64,000 bases of DNA, from positions 2,874 to 66,873 of the forward strand of contig JAJCYA010000077.1 in the NCBI GenBank assembly GCA_029263095.1, written 5' to 3'. This stretch comes from Acidimicrobiia bacterium (GTDB taxonomy: Bacteria; Actinomycetota; Acidimicrobiia; Spongiisociales; UBA11373). The position numbers and the translations under genes were made by a program. Positions 8,827-17,485 of this stretch are shown in pieces (positions within the stretch are counted from its first letter, which is position 1; the number at the start of each line of letters is the position of its first letter). The notes beneath the pieces were generated by a model that was not told the DNA's origin, did not search any database, and saw only the letters and a program-made list of their open reading frames with translations.

Positions 8827-9165
8827 ATGAGTATTGAGAGTTGGACTGACGAAGCCATCCTTGCCCAGGTAGGTGAGCGGATTCGGACCGAGCGACTCAA
8901 CCGGAACCTCACCGCCCAGGAAGTCGCCGACTACGCCGGGGTTTCCCTCGCCACTCTCTCCAAGGTCGAGCGAGGTCACAACCACTCGCTCAAGACACTC
9001 CTGAGGATCCTGCGCGCCTTGGGTCTTCTGAACCGTGTTGAGGCACTGCTACCCGACCAGGGACCGAGCCCCATTCAGCTGGCCAGGTTGCGCGGCAAGC
9101 AGCGCCAACGCGCCACCGGAAGCCGGGGACGAGATCGCCCCGCCGACGGTGAACCGCCGTGGTAG
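8827..9165 (+). CDS. hipB: HTH XRE-family antitoxin HipB
   Basis: XRE HTH (LTAQEVADYAGVSLATLSKVERG), placed immediately upstream of and overlapping hipA. Confidence 0.75.
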   Translation: MSIESWTDEAILAQVGERIRTERLNRNLTAQEVADYAGVSLATLSKVERGHNHSLKTLLRILRALGLLNRVEALLPDQGPSPIQLARLRGKQRQRATGSRGRDRPADGEPPW

Positions 9166-10442
9166 GACGCATCGATGTCGCCGAGGTCCACCTGTGGGGG
9201 CGACAGATCGGTGCCGTGGCTTGGAACGACGACCGCTCATTGGCGACGTTTGAGTATTCCCCCGACTTCCTGCGTACCGGGATCGAGCTTACGCCGCTGA
9301 CCATGCCGCTTGGCCCGGGGCTCTTTCGGTTCCCCGAGCTGGCCTTCAGGACCTATCGGGGCCTGCCGGGCATGTTGGCGGACTCCCTACCGGACAACTT
9401 TGGGAACAGCCTGATCGACGCCTGGCTGGCGAGGGAGGGACGCGATCGGTCGTCCTTCTCTCCGGTGGAACGCCTCTGCTACATCGGTACCCGCGGCATG
9501 GGAGCGCTCGAGTATCACCCGGCCACTCGGGGCCGCGATGCCTCGGCCACGGTGCAAGTAGATGAGCTGGCCGACCTCGCCAAGACGATGCTGGCCTCCC
9601 GCCGAGACCTCCAGGTCGGCCTCGACGATGAAGGCCTGGCCGAGCTGCTCCGGGTGGGGACCTCCGCAGGGGGAGCCCGTGCCAAGGCGATCGTGGCGTG
9701 GAACCCGACCACGGGGGAGGTTCGATCGGGTCAGGTCTCGGCTCCCGAAGGATTCCAGTACTGGATCGTCAAGTTTGACGGCGTGGGCAGTTCCGATCAT
9801 GGACTCGCCGACCCCGAGGGCTACGGCCGCATCGAGTACGCCTATCACCTCATGGCCGTTGACGCCGGCATCGACATGACTGCGTCGAGGCTCTTCGTCG
9901 ACAAGGCGGGCCGAGCCCACTTCATGACTCGCCGCTTCGATCGAACCGACGACGGCGGCAAGCTTCACATTCAGACCCTCGCCGCCATGGGGCACCTCGA
10001 CTACAACGAACCCGGGGCCCACAGCTACGAAGAGGCACTCGCCCTGACCCTGCGGATCTGCGGTGCGGCCGACGTTGATCGGCTATTCAGGCGGATGGTC
10101 TTCAACGTCGTGAGCCGCAACCAGGATGACCACACCAAGAACGTCACGTTCGTCATGGGTCGATCAGGACGGTGGCGTCTGTCGCCCGCCTACGACGTCA
10201 CATGGGCATTTAACCCGCAGGGCCAGTGGACCAACCGCCACCAGATGACGATCGCGGGCAAACGCGACGACCTCACCCGCTCCGACCTGGTGGCGGTCGC
10301 CGATGAGTTTGGGATTCGGTCTCCCGAGCAAGTCATCGGCCAGGTCGTTTCGGTGCTCGGCGATTGGAAGCACTACGCGTCGGAAGCCGGAGTCGACGAT
10401 GCCTATCGCGAGCTGATCGCATCCACCCACCGGCTCATCTAG
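9159..10442 (+). CDS. hipA: Type II toxin HipA (Ser/Thr kinase)
   Basis: HipA N-terminal coupling domain plus kinase motifs GGARAK and SRNQDDHTKN. GTG start overlaps the hipB stop (GTGGTAG). Confidence 0.85.
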   Translation: MVGRIDVAEVHLWGRQIGAVAWNDDRSLATFEYSPDFLRTGIELTPLTMPLGPGLFRFPELAFRTYRGLPGMLADSLPDNFGNSLIDAWLAREGRDRSSFSPVERLCYIGTRGMGALEYHPATRGRDASATVQVDELADLAKTMLASRRDLQVGLDDEGLAELLRVGTSAGGARAKAIVAWNPTTGEVRSGQVSAPEGFQYWIVKFDGVGSSDHGLADPEGYGRIEYAYHLMAVDAGIDMTASRLFVDKAGRAHFMTRRFDRTDDGGKLHIQTLAAMGHLDYNEPGAHSYEEALALTLRICGAADVDRLFRRMVFNVVSRNQDDHTKNVTFVMGRSGRWRLSPAYDVTWAFNPQGQWTNRHQMTIAGKRDDLTRSDLVAVADEFGIRSPEQVIGQVVSVLGDWKHYASEAGVDDAYRELIASTHRLI

Positions 10443-10517
10443 GCATTCAGCTGGTTTGGTTGAATCGGTGAACGCCACCGGTGGGGCCGTGTCATGGTGG
10501 ATCCTTAGCTTGATGGC

Positions 10518-10877
10518 GTGGCAGCAAATCGGCGATGGCGGGACTACCGGACCCGGGGCGGAAGACGCCCGGTCAAGGAGTTTTTGGATGGCCTGTCTGA
10601 TTCGGATGCTGCGGCCGTCGTTGCCGGCATGAGAGATGTGCAGGTCAACGGCAATCGCGTGGCTCGTCACCTCGAGGGGGAGATCTACGAGCTGCGGGTT
10701 GCTGGCGACAGGCAGGCCTTCAGAGTGCTCTACGCCACCGAGGGTAAGGGGAATCAGATCCTTCTCGCGCTGGAGGCCTTCTCCAAGAAGACCCAGAAGA
10801 CGCCCAATCAGGCCATCCGGCTTGCCAAGCGGAGATTGACTGATTGGCGCTCCAGAGCGAGGAGCAATCGACCTTGA
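10518..10877 (+). CDS. RelE/ParE-superfamily toxin of the Gp49/HigB-like family
   Basis: 119 aa with VKEFLDGL..YELRV..FRVLYA..ILLALEAFSKKTQKTP, a toxin-first arrangement with a downstream XRE antitoxin. Confidence 0.6.
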   Translation: MAANRRWRDYRTRGGRRPVKEFLDGLSDSDAAAVVAGMRDVQVNGNRVARHLEGEIYELRVAGDRQAFRVLYATEGKGNQILLALEAFSKKTQKTPNQAIRLAKRRLTDWRSRARSNRP

Positions 10878-10942
10878 CATGTCGTTAGAGCGATATCATT
10901 ATTGATATGGCCCGATCGTGCCGAATACTGAGACGAGCTGCA

Positions 10943-11233
10943 ATGAACGAAGACTTCCTTGAAGAACTGATTGCCGAACGAAGCGGAGCCAATGAGCAGT
11001 TCGCCGAAAGGGTCGAAGCCGCGTTCCGGCGGCGCGAGCTCATACGCCAGCTCGCTGAGATTCGTACCTCTCTCTCGATCTCCCAGACTCGGCTCGCCGC
11101 ACTGATGGGTACGTCGCAATCTGCCGTGGCTCGCCTCGAGTCGGGAGATTCGGACGCACGTGCGTCCACTCTCGCCCGTTACGCCGCTGCACTCGGTCGT
11201 CGTATCGAGTTCCAAGTGGTCGAGGGCACCTAG
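10943..11233 (+). CDS. HTH XRE-family antitoxin (HigA-like)
   Basis: LAEIRTSLSISQTRLAALMGTSQSAVARLESG HTH. Start placed at MNEDFLEEL. Confidence 0.6.
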   Translation: MNEDFLEELIAERSGANEQFAERVEAAFRRRELIRQLAEIRTSLSISQTRLAALMGTSQSAVARLESGDSDARASTLARYAAALGRRIEFQVVEGT

Positions 11234-11391
11234 CTGCCGGGTACCAGAAGTGCGAGACGTACCGATCCCAAGCTCGAAGGCGGCTCCCTCCGTTTCGGTC
11301 TTCGCGGCGTAGAGGAACCGGCCCGGCCCAAACAGCAGTACCCTTACCCCTGCAGTCATACCGGACAAGCCGCAAGCCAGGGAGGCATCCA

Positions 11392-11589
11392 TTGGGAATC
11401 TTCGACAAGTTCAAGAAGAAGACCGGCGAACTCGCTGAGGAGCACGGCGACAAGGCAGAAGACGCCATAGACAAGGGCGCTGACTTTGCCGACGACAAGA
11501 CCGGCGGCAAGTACACCGACCAGATCGATACCGGCGCCGAGAAGGCGAAGGACTTTTTCGAGGGTGCCGCGGGCAACGACGACGAGTAG
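11392..11589 (+). CDS. MT0933-like (PF14013) small protein / CsbD-like
   Basis: MGIFDKFKKKTGELAEEHGDKAEDAIDKGADFADDKTGGKYTDQIDTGAEKAKDF matches the mycobacterial Rv0909/MT0933 family pattern. Confidence 0.55.
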   Translation: MGIFDKFKKKTGELAEEHGDKAEDAIDKGADFADDKTGGKYTDQIDTGAEKAKDFFEGAAGNDDE

Positions 11590-11665
11590 AACCGCAACAC
11601 CCGAACCAACGAACTCTGAGAATGATCTCGGGGTGTCGACCTAACAAAGACCCCGGAGGTCAACA

Positions 11666-11863
11666 ATGCAGCAGACCGGAACCGTAAAGTTCTTCAACGA
11701 GCAGAAGGGCTTTGGCTTTATCACCTCTGCCGACGGCGGAGACGTATTCGTTCACATCTCCAACATCGTTGGCGGCGCCACAATCACTGAGGGCCAGGCC
11801 GTGGAATTCGAGACTGGTCCTGGTCGCAAAGGCCCGGAAGCCACCAACGTCAGGCCCGTCTAG
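11666..11863 (+). CDS. cspA: Cold-shock protein, CspA family
   Basis: [34 protein letters not shown] carries the RNP1/RNP2 motifs. SD ggagg lies upstream. Confidence 0.9.
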   Translation: MQQTGTVKFFNEQKGFGFITSADGGDVFVHISNIVGGATITEGQAVEFETGPGRKGPEATNVRPV

Positions 11864-12127
11864 GTGGCCCAACGCGGACGGGAGGCGATGGCGAAGCGTG
11901 CTCGTGAACGCTCCCGCCAGGAGCGCAAAGACGCCAAGCGCGCCCAACGCCTCGCAGCATCCGCGGCTCCCAAGTCCACCGACGCACCCCAAGAGGATGC
12001 ACTCATGGAGGAGTTCCGGGTGCTGAGTGAGGGGCACGCGGCGGGACGGATCTCAGAAGAGGCCTACCGCCAGGAGCGCCATCGGATCTTTGTAGAGCTC
12101 GGTATCGAGACGGACGACGACGTCTAG
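11864..12127 (+). CDS. Hypothetical small charged protein downstream of cspA
   Basis: ORF only; possible internal ATG start at 11888 (MAKRARERS). No recognisable domain. Confidence 0.3.
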   Translation: MAQRGREAMAKRARERSRQERKDAKRAQRLAASAAPKSTDAPQEDALMEEFRVLSEGHAAGRISEEAYRQERHRIFVELGIETDDDV

Positions 12128-12136
12128 GAATGGTCT

Positions 12137-12390
12137 GATCACTCTCCCCTTTGGGGGGTGTCAAACGCCGCAGGCGTTTGGTGGGGGGTCTCTTCGAGCT
12201 TTCCCCCCCACCAGCGCGCGTTGCTCGCTGACTCCCCTTCCGAGGGGGAGTAGTTCCAGATTGGATCACTCTCCCCTTTGGGGGGAGTCGAACGCCGTAG
12301 GCGTATGGTGGGGGGTCTCTCTCTCAGCTTTCCCCCCCACCAGCTCGCTTTGCTCGCTGACTCCCCCTCCAAGGGGGAGTAGTTCAGAGT
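12137..12390. repeat. Two tandem copies (~127 bp each) of a structured G/C-tract-rich repeat element
   Basis: Unit: gatcactctcccctttgggggg.gtc.aacgccg.aggcgt.tggtggggggtctct...agctttcccccccaccagc...ttgctcgctgactcccc.tcc.agggggagtagttc. Three hairpins per unit (aaacgcc/ggcgttt; tggtgggggg/cccccccacca; actcccc/ggggagt). Lies between convergent genes. Confidence 0.75.
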
Positions 12391-12402
12391 GTCGCGGCCG
12401 AT

Positions 12403-12588
12403 CTAGCCCGAATCGGACCCAGAGCCGCCTGAGGAGTCGGAGCCTTCGCCACCAGATCCCGAGGACGGATCACTCTCATCGCCACTGCGGTAGACCGAGG
12501 TCTGCTTCTTGCTGAGGCGGGTGTGCTTGGAGCACGCAACAACCGGGCCCGGCTTCCATTTGCCGTCGCAGAAGTGGCTGGTCGTCAT
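12403..12588 (-). CDS. Small protein (61 aa) with a Ser/Gly/Asp-rich acidic tail
   Basis: Strong SD (GGGAGAccacc-ATG). MTTSHFCDGKWKPGPVVACSKHTRLSKKQTSVYRSGDESDPSSGSGGEGSDSSGGSGSDSG; no family recognised. Confidence 0.4.
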   Translation of the reverse strand: MTTSHFCDGKWKPGPVVACSKHTRLSKKQTSVYRSGDESDPSSGSGGEGSDSSGGSGSDSG

Positions 12589-12742
12589 GGTGGTCTCCCG
12601 TATCAGTGCGTGGTGCTTGGAGAAGAGCCGCCATCGTACTGTCGGCCTCAGAGCTGTGGTGTCGGTCGGCGCCCGGCTTGGTGGGAGGGGAGTATGTTCC
12701 AGGTGGCTTGGGAGGAGAGCGGAGACATGAGTCTTCAGTGCG

Positions 12743-13186
12743 ATGTTCGTGCTCCTGGCGGTGCTCGTTGATGAGCTGCTTGATCTGCCGCTCCTGTTGC
12801 CGGAAGGGAGCAACCTGGCGGTGGGCGTTCCGGTGATTGCAGCAGGAATCCTGATCACTGCCTGGTCGGCGCTCCACTTCCTGAGAAGCAAGGGAACTCC
12901 GGTTCCCTTCAACCCTCCTCCGACTCTGGTGGCGACCGGTCCGTACCGTCTTGTCAGGAATCCGATGCTGACCGGAGTGTCCCTTCTCCTGTTTGGTGTC
13001 GGCTTCGCCATCAGGTCGGTTTCGCTCGTGCTTGTTGTTGCTCCGCTCTACGTACTGATCAATGCTTGGGAGCTGAAGCGGATCGAAGAGCCCGAACTCG
13101 CCAGACGGCTGGGCGACGAATGCCTGGCCTACCTACAACGGACACCCATGTTCGTCCCCGGACTGTGGAGGCGCCATCGGGGTTGA
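12743..13186 (+). CDS. Isoprenylcysteine carboxyl methyltransferase (ICMT/PEMT) family membrane methyltransferase
   Basis: GPYRLVRNPMLTG...YVLINAWELKRIEEPELARRLGDECLAYLQRTP matches the ICMT family C-terminal signature. N-terminal TM segments present. Confidence 0.65.
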   Translation: MFVLLAVLVDELLDLPLLLPEGSNLAVGVPVIAAGILITAWSALHFLRSKGTPVPFNPPPTLVATGPYRLVRNPMLTGVSLLLFGVGFAIRSVSLVLVVAPLYVLINAWELKRIEEPELARRLGDECLAYLQRTPMFVPGLWRRHRG

Positions 13187-13196
13187 GTGACCCTCG

Positions 13197-13943
13197 GTGA
13201 TGACGTGCGCAATGAGCGATCATGGCGACATGGAACACCTCGGCGGGGTCCGTGCCCTGCTCTTTGACGTCTTTGGCACCGTGGTGGATTGGCGCGGCTC
13301 CCTGATCACCGAGATCACCCAAATCACCGACGAGATGGGTATCGACCTGCCCGCCGCCGAACTCGCCGACGACTGGCGGGGCCGCTACGGCCCGAGCATG
13401 GAGCGGGTTCTTGCCGGAAGCGACCCCTATGTGAACTTGGATACTCTCCATCGCGCCTCCCTGCTCCAGCTACTCGACGAGCGAGGAGTCCGACTCTCAG
13501 GCGAGACCATCGAACGCCTGGTCTTCGCCTGGCATCGCCTGGAGCCATGGCCGGATTCGGTCCGGGGTCTTACACGTCTCAAGAGCCGTTACGTCCTCGC
13601 AACGATGTCGAACGGCAACGTGGCTCTTCTCGTCGACATGGCGAAGCACGCCGGGCTGCCGTGGGACGCCATCCTCACTCCGGAATTGATGCAGACCTAC
13701 AAGAAGAACCTGGACAGTTACCGGTACGTCATCTCTCTGCTCGGTCTGCGGCCCGAACAGACGATGATGGTCGCCGCTCACCCCGGCGAGCTCCGAATGG
13801 TCGGCGGGATCGGGATGCGCACCGCCTACGTGCCGCGACTGGCCGAGTTCGGCGACTCCGGCCAACCGGTAGTGGAATTGGACACACCCGTCGATGTGGT
13901 GTGTACCGACCTGGAGAACCTTGCAGACCTGCTCGGCGCCTGA
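13197..13943 (+). CDS. Haloacid dehalogenase type II (HAD superfamily)
   Basis: LLFDVFGTVVDW motif I plus HAD fold motifs; ~245 aa. Confidence 0.7.
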   Translation: MMTCAMSDHGDMEHLGGVRALLFDVFGTVVDWRGSLITEITQITDEMGIDLPAAELADDWRGRYGPSMERVLAGSDPYVNLDTLHRASLLQLLDERGVRLSGETIERLVFAWHRLEPWPDSVRGLTRLKSRYVLATMSNGNVALLVDMAKHAGLPWDAILTPELMQTYKKNLDSYRYVISLLGLRPEQTMMVAAHPGELRMVGGIGMRTAYVPRLAEFGDSGQPVVELDTPVDVVCTDLENLADLLGA

Positions 13944-13951
13944 AGCGGCGT

Positions 13952-14524
13952 CTACGAGCAGCCGAAGGCGACGCTGACTACTTCCTTCATCTCGTTGGGG
14001 ATCCACGGCACGTCCCTGAATGTCTCGCGGTCCTGGGTTGCGTCGAGTTCCGTTTGAGTGGCGAGGCAGAGCTCGATCACACCGTCGAGAGCGGCCAGCG
14101 CAGCAAGGCCCTCCGGGCTATCCCACATCTGGTCGATTTCGGCAGTGGTCTCAAACGTGGCGACGCTGGCCTCCAGAGTCTCCTCGGCTGCATTGAGCGC
14201 GCTGAACCGGTCGAAAGCAGCCTCATGCATCTCGGCGAGTTGCTCAGGGGGTTCGAGGTCCCGCAGATGCTCCAGGAACTCGACGCGTGCCCCGACCCGT
14301 TGCTCCAAATAGGTCTGGGCACCCTCCACCGTCGGCTCCTGCAACTTCCACTCGGCGTCTATCGCATCGATCTCTTCGACCAGATCTGCGACCAGGGCCT
14401 CGGTCCGTTCGCCATACTCCGACAGGGTCAGCCTGCCACCGGCGCAGGCCACCAGCACAACGGCGAGACAAGTGATGCCCCATAGGGTTCGCACAGAAGT
14501 TCCTTCCACCGACGCACCCCTCAT
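13952..14524 (-). CDS. Lipoprotein, unknown function
   Basis: ITCLAVVLVACAGG lipobox. Exact start uncertain. Confidence 0.45.
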   Translation of the reverse strand: MRGASVEGTSVRTLWGITCLAVVLVACAGGRLTLSEYGERTEALVADLVEEIDAIDAEWKLQEPTVEGAQTYLEQRVGARVEFLEHLRDLEPPEQLAEMHEAAFDRFSALNAAEETLEASVATFETTAEIDQMWDSPEGLAALAALDGVIELCLATQTELDATQDRETFRDVPWIPNEMKEVVSVAFGCS

Positions 14525-14639
14525 CTGCGGCAACAGGCTACAGACGCACCGCAAGCCGCTCTGGATCTGGGCGTTCTGCGAACGCCTGCCGATCGACTAC
14601 ACACGGGAGAACTGACCGGAGCCAGCCAGTCCGTCCTGT

Positions 14640-16265
14640 TCAGCCTTCTTTGCCGATCCCCGCAGCGACACCCGTTGCAATCCCCCAGAATGCGGCCAAG
14701 GTTCCCGTCACGATCAACGGGTAGCTGCGGCGGTATTCCCGCATGAGGCCTCTCCCGTGAGACCGCACATTCCGACCGACGCGATAGAGGCGTCGCGGGA
14801 CGTACATCGACAGAGGCAAGGCACGCCGCAGAAGCACTGTGCGGCGACTCCCATGCCGCTCCAGCAGAATCTGCGCCCACGCCCGACCGCGGGTGTAGTG
14901 GTGGGAAGCGAGATCGGAAACGGTCGAGCAGGGCGAAATGTGTATCGCAGCCGCCTCCTGATCCCGGTAGGCCGAGTATCCGATCCGCCACAGGGCCGTG
15001 TTGACCACTGTGTCCTCACCGGCCCGCCGGTCCTCTGGGAACCCCCCTACCTCGTCGAGAAGGAACCTGACATACGAGCACCGCGTCGGAGCATCGGTTA
15101 ACTCTCCCGACGGGCGATCGGGAAGCAGAGTCGAATGGTCCAGGAAGTAGGACGCCCAGCCGGCACGTGTGGCGTTTCCGTTCAGTACCGATCCCGTGAC
15201 CATCGCCCATCCCTCGGCATGAGCATGAACTCGAGCGGCCAGGCTCCCTGTGGGCAGAACGATGTGCGAGGACGGAAAGGCTACGAAATCGCCGCGGGCG
15301 ACCGCGAGGCCGGCGTTGCGGGCCGCCCCCGGTAGAGCCGGCTCTACCAACTCAACCACTTCGACACCCGGGAATCGGTCGCGAATGCGGGCGGCGGCGG
15401 ACTTGCTATCGCTGGTCACGACTACCACTTCATGACCGCCGGGGACGTTTTGGCCGACCACCGAGGCCACAGCGTCATCGATGACGGGCTCGTCACCGCG
15501 TGAGATGACGATTGCCGACAGAACCGGGTGGTCGTCGTCCTCGGTTCGATCGTGCACCCCGAGCACCATCGGCGCCGAGGAATCGTGCGCTTGGAGCGGA
15601 GTCATAGCCTCCGGCCGATCCAGCAGGTGGTCGTAGGATTCCTGCCACCGGTTGTCCGGATCGGCCTCGAGGTACTTGTCGAATCTCGCTCGTCGATCGT
15701 GTTCGGCGGTGGTACCCACGTGGAGAATCCGCACATTGGTTCTCAGCCATTTCCGTCGCGGGATCGAGAGGGGCAACGGAACGAGATGCAGCTGCTTTGC
15801 CGGCAACTCCAGGCCCGGTTCCCAGGCGAACATGCGGTAAACCCATCGACCGGCGGAATCGATCGACGCTAGATCGTCGGTTGCCGCGTGAATCCGGAAC
15901 CCGTAGGCGAACCCGCGCTCCCCCTCCGTGGTGATCTGGCGCAACCAATCGTGGTCGGGAGGCGCCACTCGCTCGTCGGCGTCGAGAAACATCACCCAAC
16001 CCGGGGTGAACTCGCCGGCGGCGCTGAGCAATTGCTGTCGGTTGTCGCGATCGTCCCAACCCTCGAACGTGTGGCGCACCGGTTTGCTGATGACCCGCGA
16101 CACCAGTGGGTGGGAGTCGAGGATCAATCTGGTGCTGTCGGTGCTCCCGTCGTTTAGGGCGACGACGGCGTCGGCCCACTGCGAGGCGGCGTCGAGCCAC
16201 TCCGGCAGCCAGCGCTCTGCATTGCGGACCGGGAGGAGCGCCATCAGCTCCGGTCGGGTCCGCAC
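14640..16265 (-). CDS. Glycosyltransferase with two tandem GT2 (GT-A) domains
   Basis: N-terminal LLPVRNAERWLPEWLDAA..NDGSTDST and a second domain LSAIVISRGDEP..VVVVTSDS..ARNAGLAVARGDFVAF. Probable GTG start directly after the upstream stop. Confidence 0.7.
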   Translation of the reverse strand: MRTRPELMALLPVRNAERWLPEWLDAASQWADAVVALNDGSTDSTRLILDSHPLVSRVISKPVRHTFEGWDDRDNRQQLLSAAGEFTPGWVMFLDADERVAPPDHDWLRQITTEGERGFAYGFRIHAATDDLASIDSAGRWVYRMFAWEPGLELPAKQLHLVPLPLSIPRRKWLRTNVRILHVGTTAEHDRRARFDKYLEADPDNRWQESYDHLLDRPEAMTPLQAHDSSAPMVLGVHDRTEDDDHPVLSAIVISRGDEPVIDDAVASVVGQNVPGGHEVVVVTSDSKSAAARIRDRFPGVEVVELVEPALPGAARNAGLAVARGDFVAFPSSHIVLPTGSLAARVHAHAEGWAMVTGSVLNGNATRAGWASYFLDHSTLLPDRPSGELTDAPTRCSYVRFLLDEVGGFPEDRRAGEDTVVNTALWRIGYSAYRDQEAAAIHISPCSTVSDLASHHYTRGRAWAQILLERHGSRRTVLLRRALPLSMYVPRRLYRVGRNVRSHGRGLMREYRRSYPLIVTGTLAAFWGIATGVAAGIGKEG

Positions 16266-17381
16266 TCAGTCGCCGGAGACGAAGGCCGGTTCGGTCGGCG
16301 GATCTACCAGCGGCTCCGTCGGATCGGCTCCCATCACGTCGCCACCCCGGCTCGCCTCGGAGAAGAATCCGTCGTGGCCGAACGCAGTGACACGGAAGGG
16401 TGCCGGATAGACACCGAACTCGCTCGTCGGTATGAACCACACCACCCACGGACCGTCGATCACCAGACGAACGGCCGATGCCTCACTCGCCTGCGGAAAC
16501 GATCCGTCGGCGGTCAGCTGCGTCAGGTCCACCAACCAGGTGCCGGTGGCGTGGTCGTAGACCGCCTGGTACCAGCGATCAGCGCCCTGGAAGTAGTCCC
16601 ACTCGAACGGAGGATTGAAGACCCAGTCGTTGGCGCCGTCGCCGTCGGAGTCGAAGACGATCGAGTAGATGTAGGAACGCTCGGTAGAGGCGGTTGGAAT
16701 ATCGGTGGCCATCTCGACGGCCACGACCAGCATCTCACCGGCCGGCATTTCGAGCACCTCGTTCGCGCACACGACTAGAGGATTCGTATCTCCGCATGGG
16801 TACACCGTGTTGCCGAACGCGTTGAGCTGGAAGACATGATCCACCTCGAAAAGGATGGCGATCGTTCTCTTGATCTCGACGTCGGCACCCTGATAGGGCG
16901 GAGAGACCCCGAGCAGGCTGTCGATCAGATCCCCTACCAAATCGCTGAGCTCGCGCTTCTCGGTCGAATCGAGACCGCCGAGACCGATAGCTTGTAGCAC
17001 ATCATCGAGAACAGGGTCACCGGTCGTCGGCGGTGGCGTCACCGGTGGTGCCTCGGTGCCCGTGGTCGCGTCGGATCCCGGCGACGACGAACTCGACGAC
17101 GAGCTCGAAGAAGAACTGGCTGAGGTCGGTGGCGGCGAGCCGATGATCTCGGCCTCGCCATCGTTGAACACCACCCAGCAACTCCCCAAGATGATCACAG
17201 CGATGATGATCACTGCGATGAGGCAGCCACCGGCAGGGAACTCATCGCCGCGATGACCTTCGGGGCCGTAGAAGTCAGGGTCTCCGGGGCTGACCATCTG
17301 GCCGGTGGCAAGGGCGATTCGCTTTTTGCGACGACGACGCAACCATCGCGCCACATCGGTTGCAGTCCACCGTTGTCTCAT
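16266..17381 (-). CDS. Bitopic membrane protein with a 13-residue poly-Ser tract and an extracellular domain of unknown function
   Basis: Start trimmed to MRQRWTATDV, which has SD GGGAG upstream. TM LIAVIIIAVIILGSCWVV followed by SASSSSSSSSSSSSS. The upstream 150 codons of the ORF are Arg-rich artefact. Confidence 0.5.
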   Translation of the reverse strand: MRQRWTATDVARWLRRRRKKRIALATGQMVSPGDPDFYGPEGHRGDEFPAGGCLIAVIIIAVIILGSCWVVFNDGEAEIIGSPPPTSASSSSSSSSSSSSPGSDATTGTEAPPVTPPPTTGDPVLDDVLQAIGLGGLDSTEKRELSDLVGDLIDSLLGVSPPYQGADVEIKRTIAILFEVDHVFQLNAFGNTVYPCGDTNPLVVCANEVLEMPAGEMLVVAVEMATDIPTASTERSYIYSIVFDSDGDGANDWVFNPPFEWDYFQGADRWYQAVYDHATGTWLVDLTQLTADGSFPQASEASAVRLVIDGPWVVWFIPTSEFGVYPAPFRVTAFGHDGFFSEASRGGDVMGADPTEPLVDPPTEPAFVSGD

Positions 17382-17485
17382 GCCACTCCCCTCGAGACTG
17401 ATGACAACACTAACGCCGTGCTGGTGTGGAATCTTGAGGATGACACCCCCATCGCGGGTCGGCCTTGCGGGTCGAGTGGGTCCGG

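Noticed and set aside
12137-12390. CRISPR array interpretation of the tandem repeats
   Set aside because: Only two direct units of ~127 bp (far longer than CRISPR repeats) with no unique spacers, and no cas genes in the window. The third copy is rearranged, which fits a REP/MITE-like element instead.
13289-14485. 398-aa plus-strand ORF overlapping the haloacid dehalogenase and lipoprotein genes
   Set aside because: Extreme Arg/Pro content and overlap with two well-supported genes, so an off-frame artefact. The same judgement applies to 15493-16449, 24029-25033, 32293-33162, 33736-34632, 39679-40572, 41282-42088, 47837-48985, 50355-51185, 52829-53686 and 62225-62947.
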